Shown here piece after piece: positions 31,998-32,682 of a stretch of DNA of 32,682 nucleotides. The stretch is from Dimorphilus gyrociliatus. Lineage: Eukaryota; Animalia; Annelida. The stretch is taken from positions 1-32,682 of the forward strand of contig CAJFCJ010000174.1 of the NCBI GenBank assembly GCA_904063045.1, written 5' to 3'. The translations under genes were made by a program, and so were the position numbers. A model generated the notes under the pieces. It saw only the letters and a list, made by a program, of their open reading frames with translations. It was not told the origin of the DNA and searched no databases. How positions within the stretch are numbered: position 1 is the first letter of the stretch; every line of letters begins with the position of its first letter.

Positions 31998-32319
31998 TCT
32001 GAGAGGAAATGATTGTTATAGCAGAGACTATGAAATACAAGAATGCAACTACCTCTTGGTCTTTGACATTTCTAAATTTATTCCCAGATGAGTATAAAAA
32101 GAATAATTATTTATTCATAAAACTGTGTATTTTATAGTTTTTCACACAACTGAAGAATGAAGTTCTAGAATAATTGATCATAAATCTTTGTTTTCTTATT
32201 ATCCTTTTTTCTAAAAAAAAGGATGCACAGCAATATAAATTCCATCATGCATTTCAATGTCAAGGACTGTTTCAGGTAGATCTTAGATTATTCATAATGT
32301 TAATTATTTGTACTAAGCA

Positions 32320-32390
32320 ACCATATAGACAAAAAGCTTTCATAATATTTGTAATGGACTTGCACAATCATCAAAAACATTAAAGTCTTG
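32320..32390 (+). pseudogene. RI/NLR-type LRR micro-fragment
   Basis: SFHNICNGLAQSSKTLK matches the ICDGLVHSSSSLR and IFNGLKSSSNSLR repeats elsewhere in the window. Confidence 0.4.
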
Positions 32391-32579
32391 CTTTTATCAA
32401 CTGTTTTTTAGAAAACATAAAGCAATAAACAGCACCCAATCCAGTGTCTGGTAGGAACCAGCTCCTTAATCATTACCATCAGTTCTGTGAGTGGCCTAAA
32501 CCAAACACCTAACCAAGCCTAACATATATTTTGAAAATATTAGACACTTAAGTGTATGTTTTCTAAAAATTCATATATT

Positions 32580-32597
32580 AGCAGGTTGCCAAATTAC
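32580..32597 (-). repeat. Short match to the solo-LTR family
   Basis: AGCAGGTTGCCAAATTAC is identical to 2833-2850. Confidence 0.35.
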
Positions 32598-32682
32598 AAA
32601 CTTTGCATTCAGCATTGACAAATAGAAAGCTTCTTCAAGGTCAGGTTATTTATAGATGATCTTCTCATATGATTAGGCTAAG

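Overview
Strongly AT-rich eukaryotic (invertebrate animal) genomic DNA with very short GT-AG introns (45-77 nt for most) and a 10-N scaffold gap at 23612-23621. No rRNA, tRNA or CRISPR array was seen. Intron sizes and gene families fit a compact lophotrochozoan genome such as a meiofaunal annelid; this is inference only. The window has four components. (1) A three-level transposon nest: an intact mariner sits inside a solo LTR, which sits inside an intron-containing PHD-FLYWCH-DDE Mutator-like element (MULE). There are also a deleted mariner relative, further MULE ends and other dispersed repeats. (2) A patchwork of abutting, truncated or decayed fragments of receptor, extracellular and immune-type genes: LGR-type GPCRs, NACHT and RI-type LRR pieces, a UGT, a multi-C1q gene, chitin-binding plus TSP1, and VWD/EGF. 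(3) A CASPR-type fibrinogen-like secreted gene with an uncertain 3' end. (4) Three apparently complete secreted-protein genes: a 384-aa protein with an ITIH C-terminal domain and GDPH site, an 87-aa peptide precursor, and a 3-exon 168-aa precursor that the ORF track misses. The 168-aa precursor has a signal peptide, an acidic pro-region (net about -21), a 4-Cys core and an Arg/Gly-rich cationic tail (exon 3 net about +22). It is the best candidate here for an undescribed antimicrobial or toxin-like peptide family.
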